Shown: positions 39,519 through 49,897, counted from the first letter of the stretch. The stretch: DNA of 64,000 bases from Myxococcales bacterium (GCA_047601445.1 JASGJH010000001.1:8352001-8416000), one strand, 5' to 3'. Numbers and translations are program-made. Notes: a model not told the origin generated them from the letters alone.

Positions 39519-39719
39519 GGGTTGCGCAGCATGCGGCGGCCAGGCCGCCTGCAACCTGAGCTGCAGGCTTCTGCCTCACCCCCGGAGTGAACAGACCGCC
39601 TAAAAGATTACTATGGCGACGCGCGACGAACGGCGATACGGTCGTGTCCGTTGTTGGGCTACCGAGTTCGTTGAGGCAGTTCTCCGGCCTGGCGTGGCGC
39701 ACGAGTCACGCGGGCTCGC

Positions 39720-41258
39720 ATGGAGGAACCCGTGTTCGCGAGTACCCGGACGGCATCCCATCCGCGCACCCATGTCGTCTTGATTCCAGGCTTCGTGGGC
39801 TTCGACGCTCTGGGACAGCTGCCATATTATGCGGGAATTTCGGCGGTGTTTCAGGAGTGGGCGCAGGAACGCGGCGCCCGCGACGTCGCCATCCACTACT
39901 TCGACAACTTCCCGACGGCCTCGGTTTCACTACGTGCGGAGCGTCTGCTGCACTTCCTGGCCAAGAAAGTCTTGCGGGGTGAGTTCGCCGAAGGCGACCG
40001 CGTCGTGCTCGTGGGGCACTCCACGGGTGCACTCGACATGCGCCGGCTTCTGTACCGCCTCACGACGGAGGACCCATCGGGCTTCGTGACCCTGGACGGC
40101 GCTTGCAAAATGGCCCACGCCGACATCCTCAGGTTCATCCAGCGGCTGTGCTTCCTTTCGGCACCGCACTTCGGCACCAACATTGCCGACTTCGCGGTAC
40201 GGCTGCGAGAGACGGCCCAGAGTTCGTTGCGCGGCGCAGCCCTGGGCGTCCAGCTCAACCGCGACCCCGTGGCGAGTACGCGCCGGGCGCTCACCAAGCA
40301 TCTGCCCGAACCGCGCTCGAGCTTGGTGCTGGCTATCGCGGATGCGCTCAACGAGAGTGACGAGTTCCTGGGCAAACCAGACAAGAGCGACGAGGGAAAG
40401 CCACCCAAGAGCGGCGCCGACGAGCGCGAGGCGCGTGCCCAGCTCGCGCTATGGCTCGAGCACATGTCCAAGGAGTTCGGCATCCTGGAGGACCTGCGCG
40501 GCGACCCCACCTTGAGGGCAAAGCCAGCCGCCCATGGAGTGCCGAAATCGCCGGCCCATTTCGGGGAAGCCGAGCGCCAGCGAGAGCTCGCGAGCTGGAG
40601 CGCGCGCGGCATTACCACGCGCTCTTACTGCACGAGGGTTTCGGACTCGCCGCAGCGCAAGAACCCGCTGCTCGCTCCACTCATTGCGGCGGTGCGCGCG
40701 GGCGCCCCGTTGCTCAATGTGCTTTCGGACGCGCTCACCAAGGGGTCCAAGTTCTACGTTGCACCGCTCGTGGCTGGCATCGCCTACCTCGCCCAGACCA
40801 GCTTGCCCGCTGCGCCCGCGCTCGGTGCGCTCACCGTCCTCAACGCGCACCCGGAGCTCCTGTTCGAGCTGTTTTGCATGCTGTGCGCCGAAGGTCCCTT
40901 CGAGCGACCTGCGTCGATCTGCGGTGAGCTCACCGACTTTGCCAGTGGTAACCGTGTGTCGAGCGAGAAATTCGAGGTTTCGCAAAGCGACGGTGTGGTG
41001 AATACGCTGTCGATGCTCTGGCCGCCTCCCGATCCCGAAAAGCCCGAGGCCCACACGCACTTCCTGGTCGAGGGCGATCACGGGGAAATCATCGGTCACT
41101 GCGCGAACAAGCTCATCAACCCCGACGCTCCGCACGCAACCGCCGTGAACATCGGTCGCAAGTACTACGCCTACGACTTCTTCCAGTCGAAGTCCACCTT
41201 TGCGGGCCCGGACTTCACCAAGGTGTGGCGGCACTTGTTCGACTTCTGCATCGCCTAG
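39720..41258 (+). CDS. Alpha/beta-hydrolase (lipase/PGAP1-like)
   Basis: VVLIPGF, GHSTG, APHFGT, SDGVVNT and GDH. Confidence 0.8.
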   Translation: MEEPVFASTRTASHPRTHVVLIPGFVGFDALGQLPYYAGISAVFQEWAQERGARDVAIHYFDNFPTASVSLRAERLLHFLAKKVLRGEFAEGDRVVLVGHSTGALDMRRLLYRLTTEDPSGFVTLDGACKMAHADILRFIQRLCFLSAPHFGTNIADFAVRLRETAQSSLRGAALGVQLNRDPVASTRRALTKHLPEPRSSLVLAIADALNESDEFLGKPDKSDEGKPPKSGADEREARAQLALWLEHMSKEFGILEDLRGDPTLRAKPAAHGVPKSPAHFGEAERQRELASWSARGITTRSYCTRVSDSPQRKNPLLAPLIAAVRAGAPLLNVLSDALTKGSKFYVAPLVAGIAYLAQTSLPAAPALGALTVLNAHPELLFELFCMLCAEGPFERPASICGELTDFASGNRVSSEKFEVSQSDGVVNTLSMLWPPPDPEKPEAHTHFLVEGDHGEIIGHCANKLINPDAPHATAVNIGRKYYAYDFFQSKSTFAGPDFTKVWRHLFDFCIA

Positions 41259-41333
41259 GGCGACGCCCAGGACTGCCTCGTCGTTGTGAGTGCCCGCGCG
41301 CGCGTGCGCGCTTCGATTCATGCGGAGGAATAC

Positions 41334-42851
41334 GTGGCCAAACGAGCGATCATCATGGCGGGTGGTGGAGTCAAGGTTGCGTTTCAGGCAGGCGTGCTCC
41401 AGGTCTGGCTGGACGAAGCCGGGCTGACGTTCGACCACGGCGATGGCGCGAGCGGCGGCGTCTTCAATCTGGCCATGTGGTGTCAGGGCATGACGGGCAC
41501 TCAGATTGCCGACGCCTGGCGTAGGACCGTTCCAGTGGAAGGTGTGTCGCTCAATTTGGCCCAGCTCCCCAAGCTCCTTTGGGCACGCTCGTTGTTCACG
41601 CTCGACGCCTATCGCAAGCACGTCTTTCCTGGCTGGGGTCTCGACTGGGACAAGATCCGAGCTTCGTCCAAGCAGGCGTCGTTCAACGTGTACAACTTCA
41701 GCAAGCACAGGCTGGAGGTCCTCTCCCCGGCGCAGATGAACGAAGACCGGCTTTGCGCTTGTGTCTCGCTGCCCATGTGGTTCGAGCCGGTTCGCATCGA
41801 CGGCGACACCTATATCGACGCGGTGTTTCGCACGGACGGCAACCTGGAGGAGGCCATTCGCCTCGGTGCGGACGAGCTCTGGGTAATCTGGACGGTCAGC
41901 CTGCAAGGCACCTGGAATGACGGCTTCGTGGCCAACTACTTCCAGATCATCGAGGCCTCCGCCAACAGTCATTTCAAGCGCCAGTGCGAGCGCATCGAGG
42001 CCAACAACGCGGCGATCGACGCAGGCAAGGCCGGTGAGTTCGGTCGCAAGATTGCGCTCAAAGTTCTGCAAGCCGAGGTGCCGATGCACTACCTGGTGAA
42101 CTTCAGCCAGGACCGCTTGGTCGAGTGCGTGAACCTGGGGGTTCAGCAAGCCCGCCGCTGGTGCGGCGAGCAAGGCATTCCGCTGACGGCTGGGGAGGAC
42201 GCCCCCACCGACGTCCATACGGTGCAGACCAAGCTGCAGTTTACCGAGGAAATGAAGGGGTACCTCAGCCTGGGCGAGAGCGACTATGAAGCTGGTTACT
42301 TGCGAGGGAAGAAGAGCGGCACCACCGCGATGTTCCACCTGACCATCAAGGTCGATGGCGTGAACCACTTCGTCACGCATCCGCAGCACGAGGCCGGCAT
42401 GGAAGGGTACGTGGACTGCCCAGCCTTCGGGGGGCGCATGCAGGTGCTCGACGGCGCGTTCAACTTGTTCGTGGATGATGGCGATCCGCACCACAAGTTC
42501 ATGTACTACCGCATCTGGTTTTCGGACGGAGAGGGGAAGCCCAAGACTTTGCTCGGCTTCAAGGACGTCAAGGACGACCCCGGATTCGATGTCTGGTCAG
42601 ACACGACGACGTTGTTCACGCGCATCTACGAGGGCCACATTGCCGAGCACGAAGAGGGCACCGGGAAGGTGTTGGCGGCGGGCATCCTCAAGATTCCGCT
42701 GCCGAGCTTCCTACGGCAGCTGACTACCTTCCGGACCGAGGGGCCGACCCTGACGGACCGCACGGCGGCCCTGGCGCGTTTTGGTGCGCTGTTCATGGGC
42801 AGTCTCTGGGATGTCTACGCAACTCACGTACTTTCGTCCGGCCCAGTCTGA
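41334..42851 (+). CDS. Patatin-like phospholipase with C-terminal cholesterol-oxidase-associated beta domain
   Basis: GGAGG RBS; GGGVK, GASGG and YIDAV; C-terminal LQFTEEMKG...FHLTI...GAFNLF. Confidence 0.8.
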   Translation: MAKRAIIMAGGGVKVAFQAGVLQVWLDEAGLTFDHGDGASGGVFNLAMWCQGMTGTQIADAWRRTVPVEGVSLNLAQLPKLLWARSLFTLDAYRKHVFPGWGLDWDKIRASSKQASFNVYNFSKHRLEVLSPAQMNEDRLCACVSLPMWFEPVRIDGDTYIDAVFRTDGNLEEAIRLGADELWVIWTVSLQGTWNDGFVANYFQIIEASANSHFKRQCERIEANNAAIDAGKAGEFGRKIALKVLQAEVPMHYLVNFSQDRLVECVNLGVQQARRWCGEQGIPLTAGEDAPTDVHTVQTKLQFTEEMKGYLSLGESDYEAGYLRGKKSGTTAMFHLTIKVDGVNHFVTHPQHEAGMEGYVDCPAFGGRMQVLDGAFNLFVDDGDPHHKFMYYRIWFSDGEGKPKTLLGFKDVKDDPGFDVWSDTTTLFTRIYEGHIAEHEEGTGKVLAAGILKIPLPSFLRQLTTFRTEGPTLTDRTAALARFGALFMGSLWDVYATHVLSSGPV

Positions 42852-42870
42852 AATTCCGGAGAGCACGACC

Positions 42871-44448
42871 ATGGATTTCGACGCGATCGTGATCGGAAGC
42901 GGCTTCGGCGGCGCCATCACCGCCTGCCGCTTGCAGGAGCAGGGCCACAAGGTGTTGGTGCTCGAGCGTGGCCGGCGTTGGGACAAGAAGACCTTTCCGC
43001 GCGCCCCCGAGGACCCCTGGATTTGGCATAACGAAGCCCGTGAGCGGCTGAACGGCTGGGCGGAGGTGCACGCCTTCAAGAACATGGGCGTGGTCACCGG
43101 CGCCGGCGTGGGCGGCGGTTCTCTGATCTACGCGAACATTTCCTGTGAAGCCCATCGGGATACGTTCAAGCGCGGTTGGCCTGCCGAGATCAGTTACGAG
43201 GTCCTGAAGCCCTTCTATGATCGCGTGGGCGCGTTCATGAACGTTGGCGCGATCCCCGACGGGCAAATCACCGCACGCATGCAGTTGATGAAGGAGGGCG
43301 CCAACGCCATCGGTGCGCCCGAACGCTACAAGAAGCTGCAGCTGGCCGTCAGCTTCGACGACCAGTGGACCTACGCCACGGACTTTGAGCGCGGTGAGGC
43401 CGCCAGCAAGATCTTCAAGAATCAGCAGGGCGCCGAGCAAGGTACGTGCGTGCATCTGGGGCGCTGCGACGTCGGCTGTGACGTCCTGGCCAAGAACACC
43501 CTCGATCTGAACTATCTGTACTGGGCGGAGAAAAAAGGCACGGAAGTGCGGCCGCTCCACTTCGTCACCAACATCGAGCCGCTCTCGCAGGGTGGCTATC
43601 GCGTGGCGTTCGAGGAGCTCAAGGGCGGCGCGCGTCATCCGGGCAGCGCCACCGCGAAGCTGGTGATCGTGGCGGCAGGTTCGATCGGCTCCACCGAGCT
43701 CTTGTTGCGCTGCAAACTCGAGACCAAGAGCCTGCCCAAGCTGAGCGAACGCCTCGGCTACAACTGGAGCAGCAACGGAGACTTCCTCACCCCGGCCCTG
43801 CAGCTCGGCCGCGAGGTGAACCCCGCAGTCGGACCGACCATCGGGAGTGCCATCGACTTCTTCGAAGAAGGCGTGGAGGGCGGTTTCTGGATCGAGGACG
43901 GCGGTTTCCCAGCGCTGGTCTCGGGATTGATTGACCACAGGCTCGACCAGCGTGACATCGGCTTCAAGGCCAAGGTCATCCTGAAGTTCATGCAGAAGCT
44001 GTTGCGCCAGAAGGAGGCGTTCCGGAACGTCATGCCCTGGTTCGCCCAGGGCGTGGATGCCGCGAATGGGAAGCTGATGCTGCGACAGCGCTCGTTTCTC
44101 GATAAGCGTCTGAAGCTCGATCTCGAGTGGGACATCGATCGCTCGCGCGAGGTGATGGACAAGATCGTGGCCATGCACGTGAAGCTCGCCCGGCACACGG
44201 GAGGCGTTCCCGTGGTTCCCCCGAGCTGGAGCATCTTCAAGGACTTGATCACGCCTCATCCGCTCGGGGGCTGCAACATGGGCAGGGATGCGAGCCAGGG
44301 GGTGGTCGACCACGCAGGACAGGTGTTCGGCTATCCAGGGCTGTACGTCGCGGACGGCGCCATCATCCCGGAGGCACTGGGTGTCAACCCGTCGCGCACC
44401 ATCGGCGCGCTCGCAGAGCGCATCGCCATGCTGATCGGAGCGCGCTGA
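42871..44448 (+). CDS. GMC oxidoreductase (cholesterol oxidase-like)
   Basis: IGSGFGG, GVGGGSLIYAN, CxxxGxCxxGC, TPHPLGGC and GVNPSRTI. Confidence 0.9.
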   Translation: MDFDAIVIGSGFGGAITACRLQEQGHKVLVLERGRRWDKKTFPRAPEDPWIWHNEARERLNGWAEVHAFKNMGVVTGAGVGGGSLIYANISCEAHRDTFKRGWPAEISYEVLKPFYDRVGAFMNVGAIPDGQITARMQLMKEGANAIGAPERYKKLQLAVSFDDQWTYATDFERGEAASKIFKNQQGAEQGTCVHLGRCDVGCDVLAKNTLDLNYLYWAEKKGTEVRPLHFVTNIEPLSQGGYRVAFEELKGGARHPGSATAKLVIVAAGSIGSTELLLRCKLETKSLPKLSERLGYNWSSNGDFLTPALQLGREVNPAVGPTIGSAIDFFEEGVEGGFWIEDGGFPALVSGLIDHRLDQRDIGFKAKVILKFMQKLLRQKEAFRNVMPWFAQGVDAANGKLMLRQRSFLDKRLKLDLEWDIDRSREVMDKIVAMHVKLARHTGGVPVVPPSWSIFKDLITPHPLGGCNMGRDASQGVVDHAGQVFGYPGLYVADGAIIPEALGVNPSRTIGALAERIAMLIGAR

Positions 44449-44455
44449 AGGCGCC

Positions 44456-44947
44456 ATGGACGATTCCACGGATATTATGTGGCCGAGCGAGTTCGCGCCG
44501 ACGCGTGCCCCCGTTCACGTGGCGAATCGGCTCACCAGCGCCGCTGCGCCCGAAGCCGTCTGGGCATGGCTGGTGCGAGCGTCGGGTTGGCCGCATTGGT
44601 ACCCCAACTCTCACCGCGTGCGCATCGAGGGCGGCAAGCTCGAGCTCGAGCCGGCCGCACGCTTTGCCTGGAGCACGTTCGGCGTGAGCCTCGTCTCGCA
44701 GGTGGAGGAGTTCGTTCCCGGGAAGCGCATCGCTTGGAATGCGCGCGGCCTTGGCGTGTGGGCCTATCACGCGTGGCTGATCGAGCCGCGCGGGACTGGC
44801 TGCCTCATCGTCACCGAGGAGACTCAGTACGGGGTGCTTGCACGCCTCGGTCACTTCTTCGCGCCTCAACGCATGTCACGCGGCCATCAGATGTGGCTGG
44901 AGCGCCTGGACGCGAAGGCCCTGGCGGGGCCCCCCGCCGACTCCTGA
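44456..44947 (+). CDS. SRPBCC/START-like ligand-binding protein
   Basis: APEAVWAWL...WPHWYP, IAW and AYHAWLI...TEETQ. Confidence 0.85.
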   Translation: MDDSTDIMWPSEFAPTRAPVHVANRLTSAAAPEAVWAWLVRASGWPHWYPNSHRVRIEGGKLELEPAARFAWSTFGVSLVSQVEEFVPGKRIAWNARGLGVWAYHAWLIEPRGTGCLIVTEETQYGVLARLGHFFAPQRMSRGHQMWLERLDAKALAGPPADS

Positions 44948-44976
44948 GGCGCGGGCAGTGAACCCAGGCGTGGCCG

Positions 44977-45276
44977 TCACGTGAGCAGGCGCTTCACGCT
45001 CTCGATCTTGTCGTCCATGGTCTGTGCCCGGTCCGTGCGCGTACCGAGGCGAATCGAGGTGGTGATGCGCGGAGCACCCATCGCATGCACGCGCTCGTGA
45101 CACTGACGGAGTACGGCCATGACGGCGTCCCAGTCGCCTTCCACGACCGTGCCATAGGCGTGCATCTGGTGGTGCAGGCCGGAGGCCGCCAGCACGCGCT
45201 GGCACTCGGCGACATAGGCAGACACCGAAACGCCCACGCCGAGGGGCACCACACAGAAATCGAGCATCACCTGCAT
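44977..45276 (-). CDS. MTH1187 / thiamine-binding protein family
   Basis: AAGGAG RBS; VVPLGVGVSVSAYV, HAYGTVVEG and GAPRI...GTRTD. Confidence 0.9.
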   Translation of the reverse strand: MQVMLDFCVVPLGVGVSVSAYVAECQRVLAASGLHHQMHAYGTVVEGDWDAVMAVLRQCHERVHAMGAPRITTSIRLGTRTDRAQTMDDKIESVKRLLT

Positions 45277-45313
45277 TGGCTTCTCCTTGGGTAGGGCGCG
45301 TGAGAGATCGTGT

Positions 45314-46696
45314 TTATACTCGCCAGGGCGTGGGACGCGGCGGGCTGTAGGCACAGAAGACGCCGGTGGTAACCGAGCTGTCGAGGTGATGGCCGAGCTC
45401 GGGCAGCGCACTCCGGATCTTCTCGATGCTCTCGCGGATGCGGGCACTGACGGCCTTGCGAGCACGTTCGACCGGGTCTGCGAGCCCGCGCCGCCGTCCA
45501 CCAAGGCCGGTGGCAGCGCGCAGCTCGTCCAGAAGCGCGTCGCGCTCGTGGCGGTGGCGCTCGGCGTGTTCACTGTCGCCGGAGGCCTCCGCATCGTCGA
45601 TGGCGCGTTCCAGCTGGTGCAGCCTGTTGCGGACGTCGGCCCGCGCGCGCTCGTCGAGGATCGGGTCGGCGGGTGCGGGAGCCCGCGCGACAGCCTCCGG
45701 TCCTTCCATGAGCTGTGCCACGAAGATCTCCTCGCCCGGGCGCGACAGCAAGAGAGACAGGTCGGCGAGTCCGCGCGCGTGCTTGAGGTGGCAGCGCCGA
45801 CCGGCGAAGGCGATGCTCCAGATTTCACCTTCGCGCACGAACTCGTTCTCGTGGTCGCGCCGCTCAGAGGCCAGGCGAGAGCGCGGATTGCCGGGGACCA
45901 GGAAGGACAGCGTAGCCTGTGCCACCGATTCCCAGTCACCGAGCCAGGGAAGATGGGCGTCGCCCTCGAGGGGCACGAACGTGGCACCCGGAATGACGGA
46001 GGCCAGGTGGCGACCGTGACCGAACCCGATGGCATGGTCGTCCTTGCGATGCAGCACCAGAGTGGGTACGCGGATCTGGCCCACCACATCCGAGACGTCC
46101 ATGCGGTAGATGTGCTCGAGCGTGGCGGCGGCAATCTCGGAAGATGCCGATGCGCGCTGGCTCTCGGCGAGCCGCTTGCGCTCCTCGGTCGTGTACCCGG
46201 GCGCGAACATGTCCGTCAGAGCCTTCGAGCCCAGGCCCCAGTGGGCGCGCACCAGATGGACCATGGCCTGCTGAAGGTCCGCGGGCGCCAGCTTGGGGCC
46301 ACACGCATAAGCACCGTACAAGACCAGCTGGCTCACGCGCTCCGGGTGACGTGCGGCGTAAGCGATGGCCGGCGGTCCGCCGCAGGAGCCGCCAAAGAGA
46401 ATCACTCGCTCGCTGCCCAGTTCCCCGATGAGCTTGTCGAGATTGGTGACCTCGTCTTCCAGCGAGTGCGCCGCGCTCTCGCGATCGCTCAATCCGACGC
46501 CGGGACGATCGTACCGAACGACCGCGAAGTGCTCCGTGAGTCGGTTGAACAGGGCGCGGAACCCGGGATCGTTGAAGTCGTGCTCGAGGTGGCTCACCCA
46601 CCAGGCCGGGAAGACCAGCGACGGCCCATGGCCGTCGACAGCGTAGGCGATGGGTTTTCCCGCCGTTCCTTGAAAGAAGCGGATCCTGGCTGGCAC
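45314..46696 (-). CDS. Alpha/beta-hydrolase-fold sensor fused to a C-terminal regulatory/DNA-binding-like domain
   Basis: RYDRPGVGLS, GGSCGG, PTLVLH and GDAH; C-terminal ERARKAVSARIR...TGVFCAY. Confidence 0.75.
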   Translation of the reverse strand: MPARIRFFQGTAGKPIAYAVDGHGPSLVFPAWWVSHLEHDFNDPGFRALFNRLTEHFAVVRYDRPGVGLSDRESAAHSLEDEVTNLDKLIGELGSERVILFGGSCGGPPAIAYAARHPERVSQLVLYGAYACGPKLAPADLQQAMVHLVRAHWGLGSKALTDMFAPGYTTEERKRLAESQRASASSEIAAATLEHIYRMDVSDVVGQIRVPTLVLHRKDDHAIGFGHGRHLASVIPGATFVPLEGDAHLPWLGDWESVAQATLSFLVPGNPRSRLASERRDHENEFVREGEIWSIAFAGRRCHLKHARGLADLSLLLSRPGEEIFVAQLMEGPEAVARAPAPADPILDERARADVRNRLHQLERAIDDAEASGDSEHAERHRHERDALLDELRAATGLGGRRRGLADPVERARKAVSARIRESIEKIRSALPELGHHLDSSVTTGVFCAYSPPRPTPWRV

Positions 46697-46705
46697 CGCG
46701 TGAGT

Positions 46706-47461
46706 TTACCGGGCGGCGGAGGCTCCAGCCAAGGGCCCGGACGAGGCCCGACGGGGCAGGGGCAGCAGCATCGGAACCGTTGCCTGGTAGCGCCGATACT
46801 CATCACCGAACACGCGTACCAGGTCCCGCTCTTCGTGCTTCACCCCGATCAGCACGTACGCAGTCAGCAGCGCGGCGAGCAGGAGGTGGCCCGCGCTCAT
46901 CGTCGGCGTGCTCCAGAGCGCCAGCAGCATGCCGAAGTAGAGGGGGTGACGGACCCAGCGATAGAACAGCGGCGTCCGCAGGACCGGCTTGGACGCGTCG
47001 CTGGCCAGCCCCTGGCGCAGCCCGAACAGCTCCCAGTGATCGATCAGGAAGGTGCTGACGAGTGCGATCGCCCACCCGGCGACCTGCAGCGTCCGTGCGA
47101 CCAGGGCCAGCGCGCCGCCGCTGGTCCACAGCTGGAAGGTGCCGATCGGCCGCCACTGCCAGCAAAGCAGGGCGACCTGCGCAGCAGCGATCAGCACGTA
47201 CGTGCTCCGCTCGGCCGCGGGCGGGACGATCCGCGTCCAAGCGCGCTTGAAGGCTGGGCGAGCCATCACGCTGTGGACAAGGCCGAAGAAGAACACTAGC
47301 CCCACGTCAAGCGAGACGGCCAACAGCGGCGAGGTGGCGGGACCGTCGTCGATCGTCTTGGGCACGCCCCAGCCCGAAGCGAAGCCCGCAAAGTAGCTGA
47401 ACGACGCCAGGAACGCCGCATAGGCGAGCAGTGCATAGAGACGAATGAACGGATGTCGCAT
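46706..47461 (-). CDS. mddA: Methanethiol S-methyltransferase-like (ICMT/NnrU family)
   Basis: VPKTID, HSVMARPAFK, ERSTYVL, IDHWELFGLRQ, VRHPLY and EERDL. Confidence 0.75.
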   Translation of the reverse strand: MRHPFIRLYALLAYAAFLASFSYFAGFASGWGVPKTIDDGPATSPLLAVSLDVGLVFFFGLVHSVMARPAFKRAWTRIVPPAAERSTYVLIAAAQVALLCWQWRPIGTFQLWTSGGALALVARTLQVAGWAIALVSTFLIDHWELFGLRQGLASDASKPVLRTPLFYRWVRHPLYFGMLLALWSTPTMSAGHLLLAALLTAYVLIGVKHEERDLVRVFGDEYRRYQATVPMLLPLPRRASSGPLAGASAAR

Positions 47462-47647
47462 ACCTTGAAGGCGCTAGAACCGGGGCCGCACCCCGCTAGA
47501 AGCGAACTGGCACACCCGAAAGTTCGCGCGCCAGCCTGTTTGAGTTGGTGTGCGTCTGCGTGCGTGTAGCCCTAACCTGACGTGAGCGCGTGAGTGGCCG
47601 GCCCTCTCGCTCCACCGTGAAGTATGATCCTCCAAAGGGCGGGGAGC

Positions 47648-48097
47648 ATGGAACGCGGACGGGTCGTACTTTCCACGGTGGCACTCACGCAGGTCGACGA
47701 CCTGCTGATTCTCTTTCAGGGCGGCACGGACATCCCCGAGTCCGAAATCACGGCCTGGATGGATCGCATCGCGAAGTTCGACTACGACTACCTGCTGATT
47801 TCGATTCATGGCAGCGGTGGCATGAACTCCAAGCAGCGCGCTCGCATCGGGGAGTTCTGGAAACAGTCGGGCCGCGAGCATCCGCGCACCGCGGTCCTGA
47901 CGGAGTCGGCGGTGCAGCGTCACATTGCGACAGCGATGACCTGGATTCTCGGCAAGCCCATCAAGGTGTTGGCCCCCGATCAGCTCGAGGAAGCGCTCAA
48001 GTACCTGGGCACGCGCGCCAATATGGCGGAGGTCTCGCGCACCGTGAGAGCCGTCCACACGGCGCTCGAAGAGAAGAGCCGACTCAAGACCGGCTGA
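47648..48097 (+). CDS. STAS/SEC14-like small protein
   Basis: GGGGAG RBS; GGMNSKQR...AVLTES...ATAMTW pattern common in myxobacterial STAS-like proteins. Confidence 0.65.
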   Translation: MERGRVVLSTVALTQVDDLLILFQGGTDIPESEITAWMDRIAKFDYDYLLISIHGSGGMNSKQRARIGEFWKQSGREHPRTAVLTESAVQRHIATAMTWILGKPIKVLAPDQLEEALKYLGTRANMAEVSRTVRAVHTALEEKSRLKTG

Positions 48098-49049
48098 CGC
48101 TGCGACCCGTCTGGCGTCCCCCCTTGGATGCCGACGGGCGTCGCTGGATGCGTCCCGCGGGTAGAGCTGGCAACGCCGCGTACTGTTCGCCGAGCCATTG
48201 CGTGAGCTCTTCGAAGGGAAAGCGCGTGTCGTCGTCGCGATGCGCCAGCGCGATTTGCCCGGGCAACGTGAAGCGTCCCGGAAGAGGCACCGCGAGCCGG
48301 CCACTCGTGACCCACTCGGTGGTGAGCGGAAACATGCCCCACATCACGCCGAGGCCATGTTCGGCCGCGCGTACGGCCTCCAGGTACGTGTCGAATGTCT
48401 GCACCTGATTGGGATCGACCGTGAAGCCATGGCTCTTAAGCCCATTCACGATCCCTCGGTCCGACAGGGTCTGCACCTCGATCAGCTGCTGCTTCGCCAC
48501 GTCCTTGATGTCCCGGATCGAATGCGCGAGTTCGGCCGAGCAAACGAGCGTGATGACGAGGTCGCCGAACGAGCGCGCGGTCACACCGGGCCGCACGGCT
48601 CCTCCGAGTCGGATGGTGGCGTCGAGCTCGCTGCTGCGCAGATCGGTGACGTGAACGTTGGTTTCGATACGCACCTTGAACCCTGGAAAGCGCGCGCGCA
48701 GGCTGGCCATCCGCGGCAGCAGGAACTCGTATGCCACGAAGGGAATCGTCTCCAGCCTCAACACCGGGGCTGCCGTGCGCTCACGAAGGGACTTCCCGGC
48801 GTCGCGCACGTCACGTAGTGCCTGGCGCACGCGTCGCAGGTAACGCTCGCCATCGTCGGTCAACTCCACGCTGCGTCCGCGGCGAATGAAGAGCTCGGTT
48901 CCGAGCGAGTCCTCGACCGCCTTCACCTGCTGGCTAACAGCAGAGCGCGTGATGTGCAGTTCGTCCGCCGCGGCCTTGAAGCTGCCGAGGCGGCCGGCAG
49001 CCTCCACGGCGAGCAGGAAGCCAAGCGGTGGCAGGTCATGGAATTGCAA
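48084..49049 (-). CDS. LysR-family regulator (GcvA-like)
   Basis: SFKAAADELHITRSAVSQQVK...LFIR...LT, followed by a substrate-binding domain. Confidence 0.9.
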   Translation of the reverse strand: MQFHDLPPLGFLLAVEAAGRLGSFKAAADELHITRSAVSQQVKAVEDSLGTELFIRRGRSVELTDDGERYLRRVRQALRDVRDAGKSLRERTAAPVLRLETIPFVAYEFLLPRMASLRARFPGFKVRIETNVHVTDLRSSELDATIRLGGAVRPGVTARSFGDLVITLVCSAELAHSIRDIKDVAKQQLIEVQTLSDRGIVNGLKSHGFTVDPNQVQTFDTYLEAVRAAEHGLGVMWGMFPLTTEWVTSGRLAVPLPGRFTLPGQIALAHRDDDTRFPFEELTQWLGEQYAALPALPAGRIQRRPSASKGGRQTGRSVSRS

Positions 49050-49080
49050 GGAAGTAGGCCTTCTGTAAGTCCGTTCGAGC

Positions 49081-49095
49081 GTAACTTTGGCTAAC
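49081..49095. promoter_or_regulatory. Candidate LysR T-N11-A box
   Basis: GTAACTTTGGCTAAC in the divergent lysR/isomerase intergenic region. Confidence 0.35.
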
Positions 49096-49181
49096 CCATG
49101 GGCAAGGAGATATCGCTTGTGTGCTGCACGAGTATGGACGCAAGCTGCCCTCGCTTACACCTGCTTATTGGAGACTCGATC

Positions 49182-49796
49182 ATGGGCGCTCTTCACCCCA
49201 TCCGCTTCTACTTCAGCTTCCGCAGCCCCTACGCGTGGCTCGCCGCAGAACGCTTCGAGCTCGAGCTCGCGGGGTTCGACTACGAGGTCGAACTCATTCC
49301 GTTGTTTCCCACCGCCGAGACCTTCCCGAACGATCCCGTCAGAGTGCCGAACAAGCTGCGTTACCTGGTGGCCGACACCATGCGCCTTGCGCGCGAGTAC
49401 GGCCTTCGCTTTCGTCTCGGCGCCGGGATCGACAACGACTGGGCCAAGGCCCACGCGGCGTTCCTGGGCGCCGTGCAGCGAGGCGTGGGCTTTCGCTTCA
49501 TGCAGGAGATGTTTCGAGCTCGCTTCTGCGAGGCGCGCGACCTCGGCGACGATGGCGTGCTGAGCACGGTCGCAGAGCGCTGTCAGCTGTCGGCCGCGGA
49601 GATCCTGGCCGCCGCGAACTCCGAAGAGTTGCGAGCCCAGGTGAGCGAGAACTTCAGCCTCGGCCAAAAGCGCGACGGCATTTTCGGCGTGCCCAGCTTC
49701 CTCTACCAAGGTCAGCTCTTCTGGGGGCACGACCGACTCGGCTCGCTGCGCCGTGCGCTGCTCGAAGCCGAGGGCGCACGCGCCGTGGCCTCCTAG
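49182..49796 (+). CDS. 2-hydroxychromene-2-carboxylate isomerase / DsbA (kappa GST) family
   Basis: GGAG RBS; FYFSFRSPYAW, GIFGVPSF and FWGHDR. Confidence 0.9.
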   Translation: MGALHPIRFYFSFRSPYAWLAAERFELELAGFDYEVELIPLFPTAETFPNDPVRVPNKLRYLVADTMRLAREYGLRFRLGAGIDNDWAKAHAAFLGAVQRGVGFRFMQEMFRARFCEARDLGDDGVLSTVAERCQLSAAEILAAANSEELRAQVSENFSLGQKRDGIFGVPSFLYQGQLFWGHDRLGSLRRALLEAEGARAVAS

Positions 49797-49897
49797 TCCG
49801 TTCGAATCTTCTCGTGTGAAGGAGCACCGTCGCTTGCCAACCCCGGCGAGGAGGCTGGGCTGCGCGCGTATCGGCTTGGATTGCGGAGGAATGGAAT

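Noticed and set aside
47505..47522. TGGCAC as a sigma-54 promoter
   Set aside because: No GC at the -12 position.
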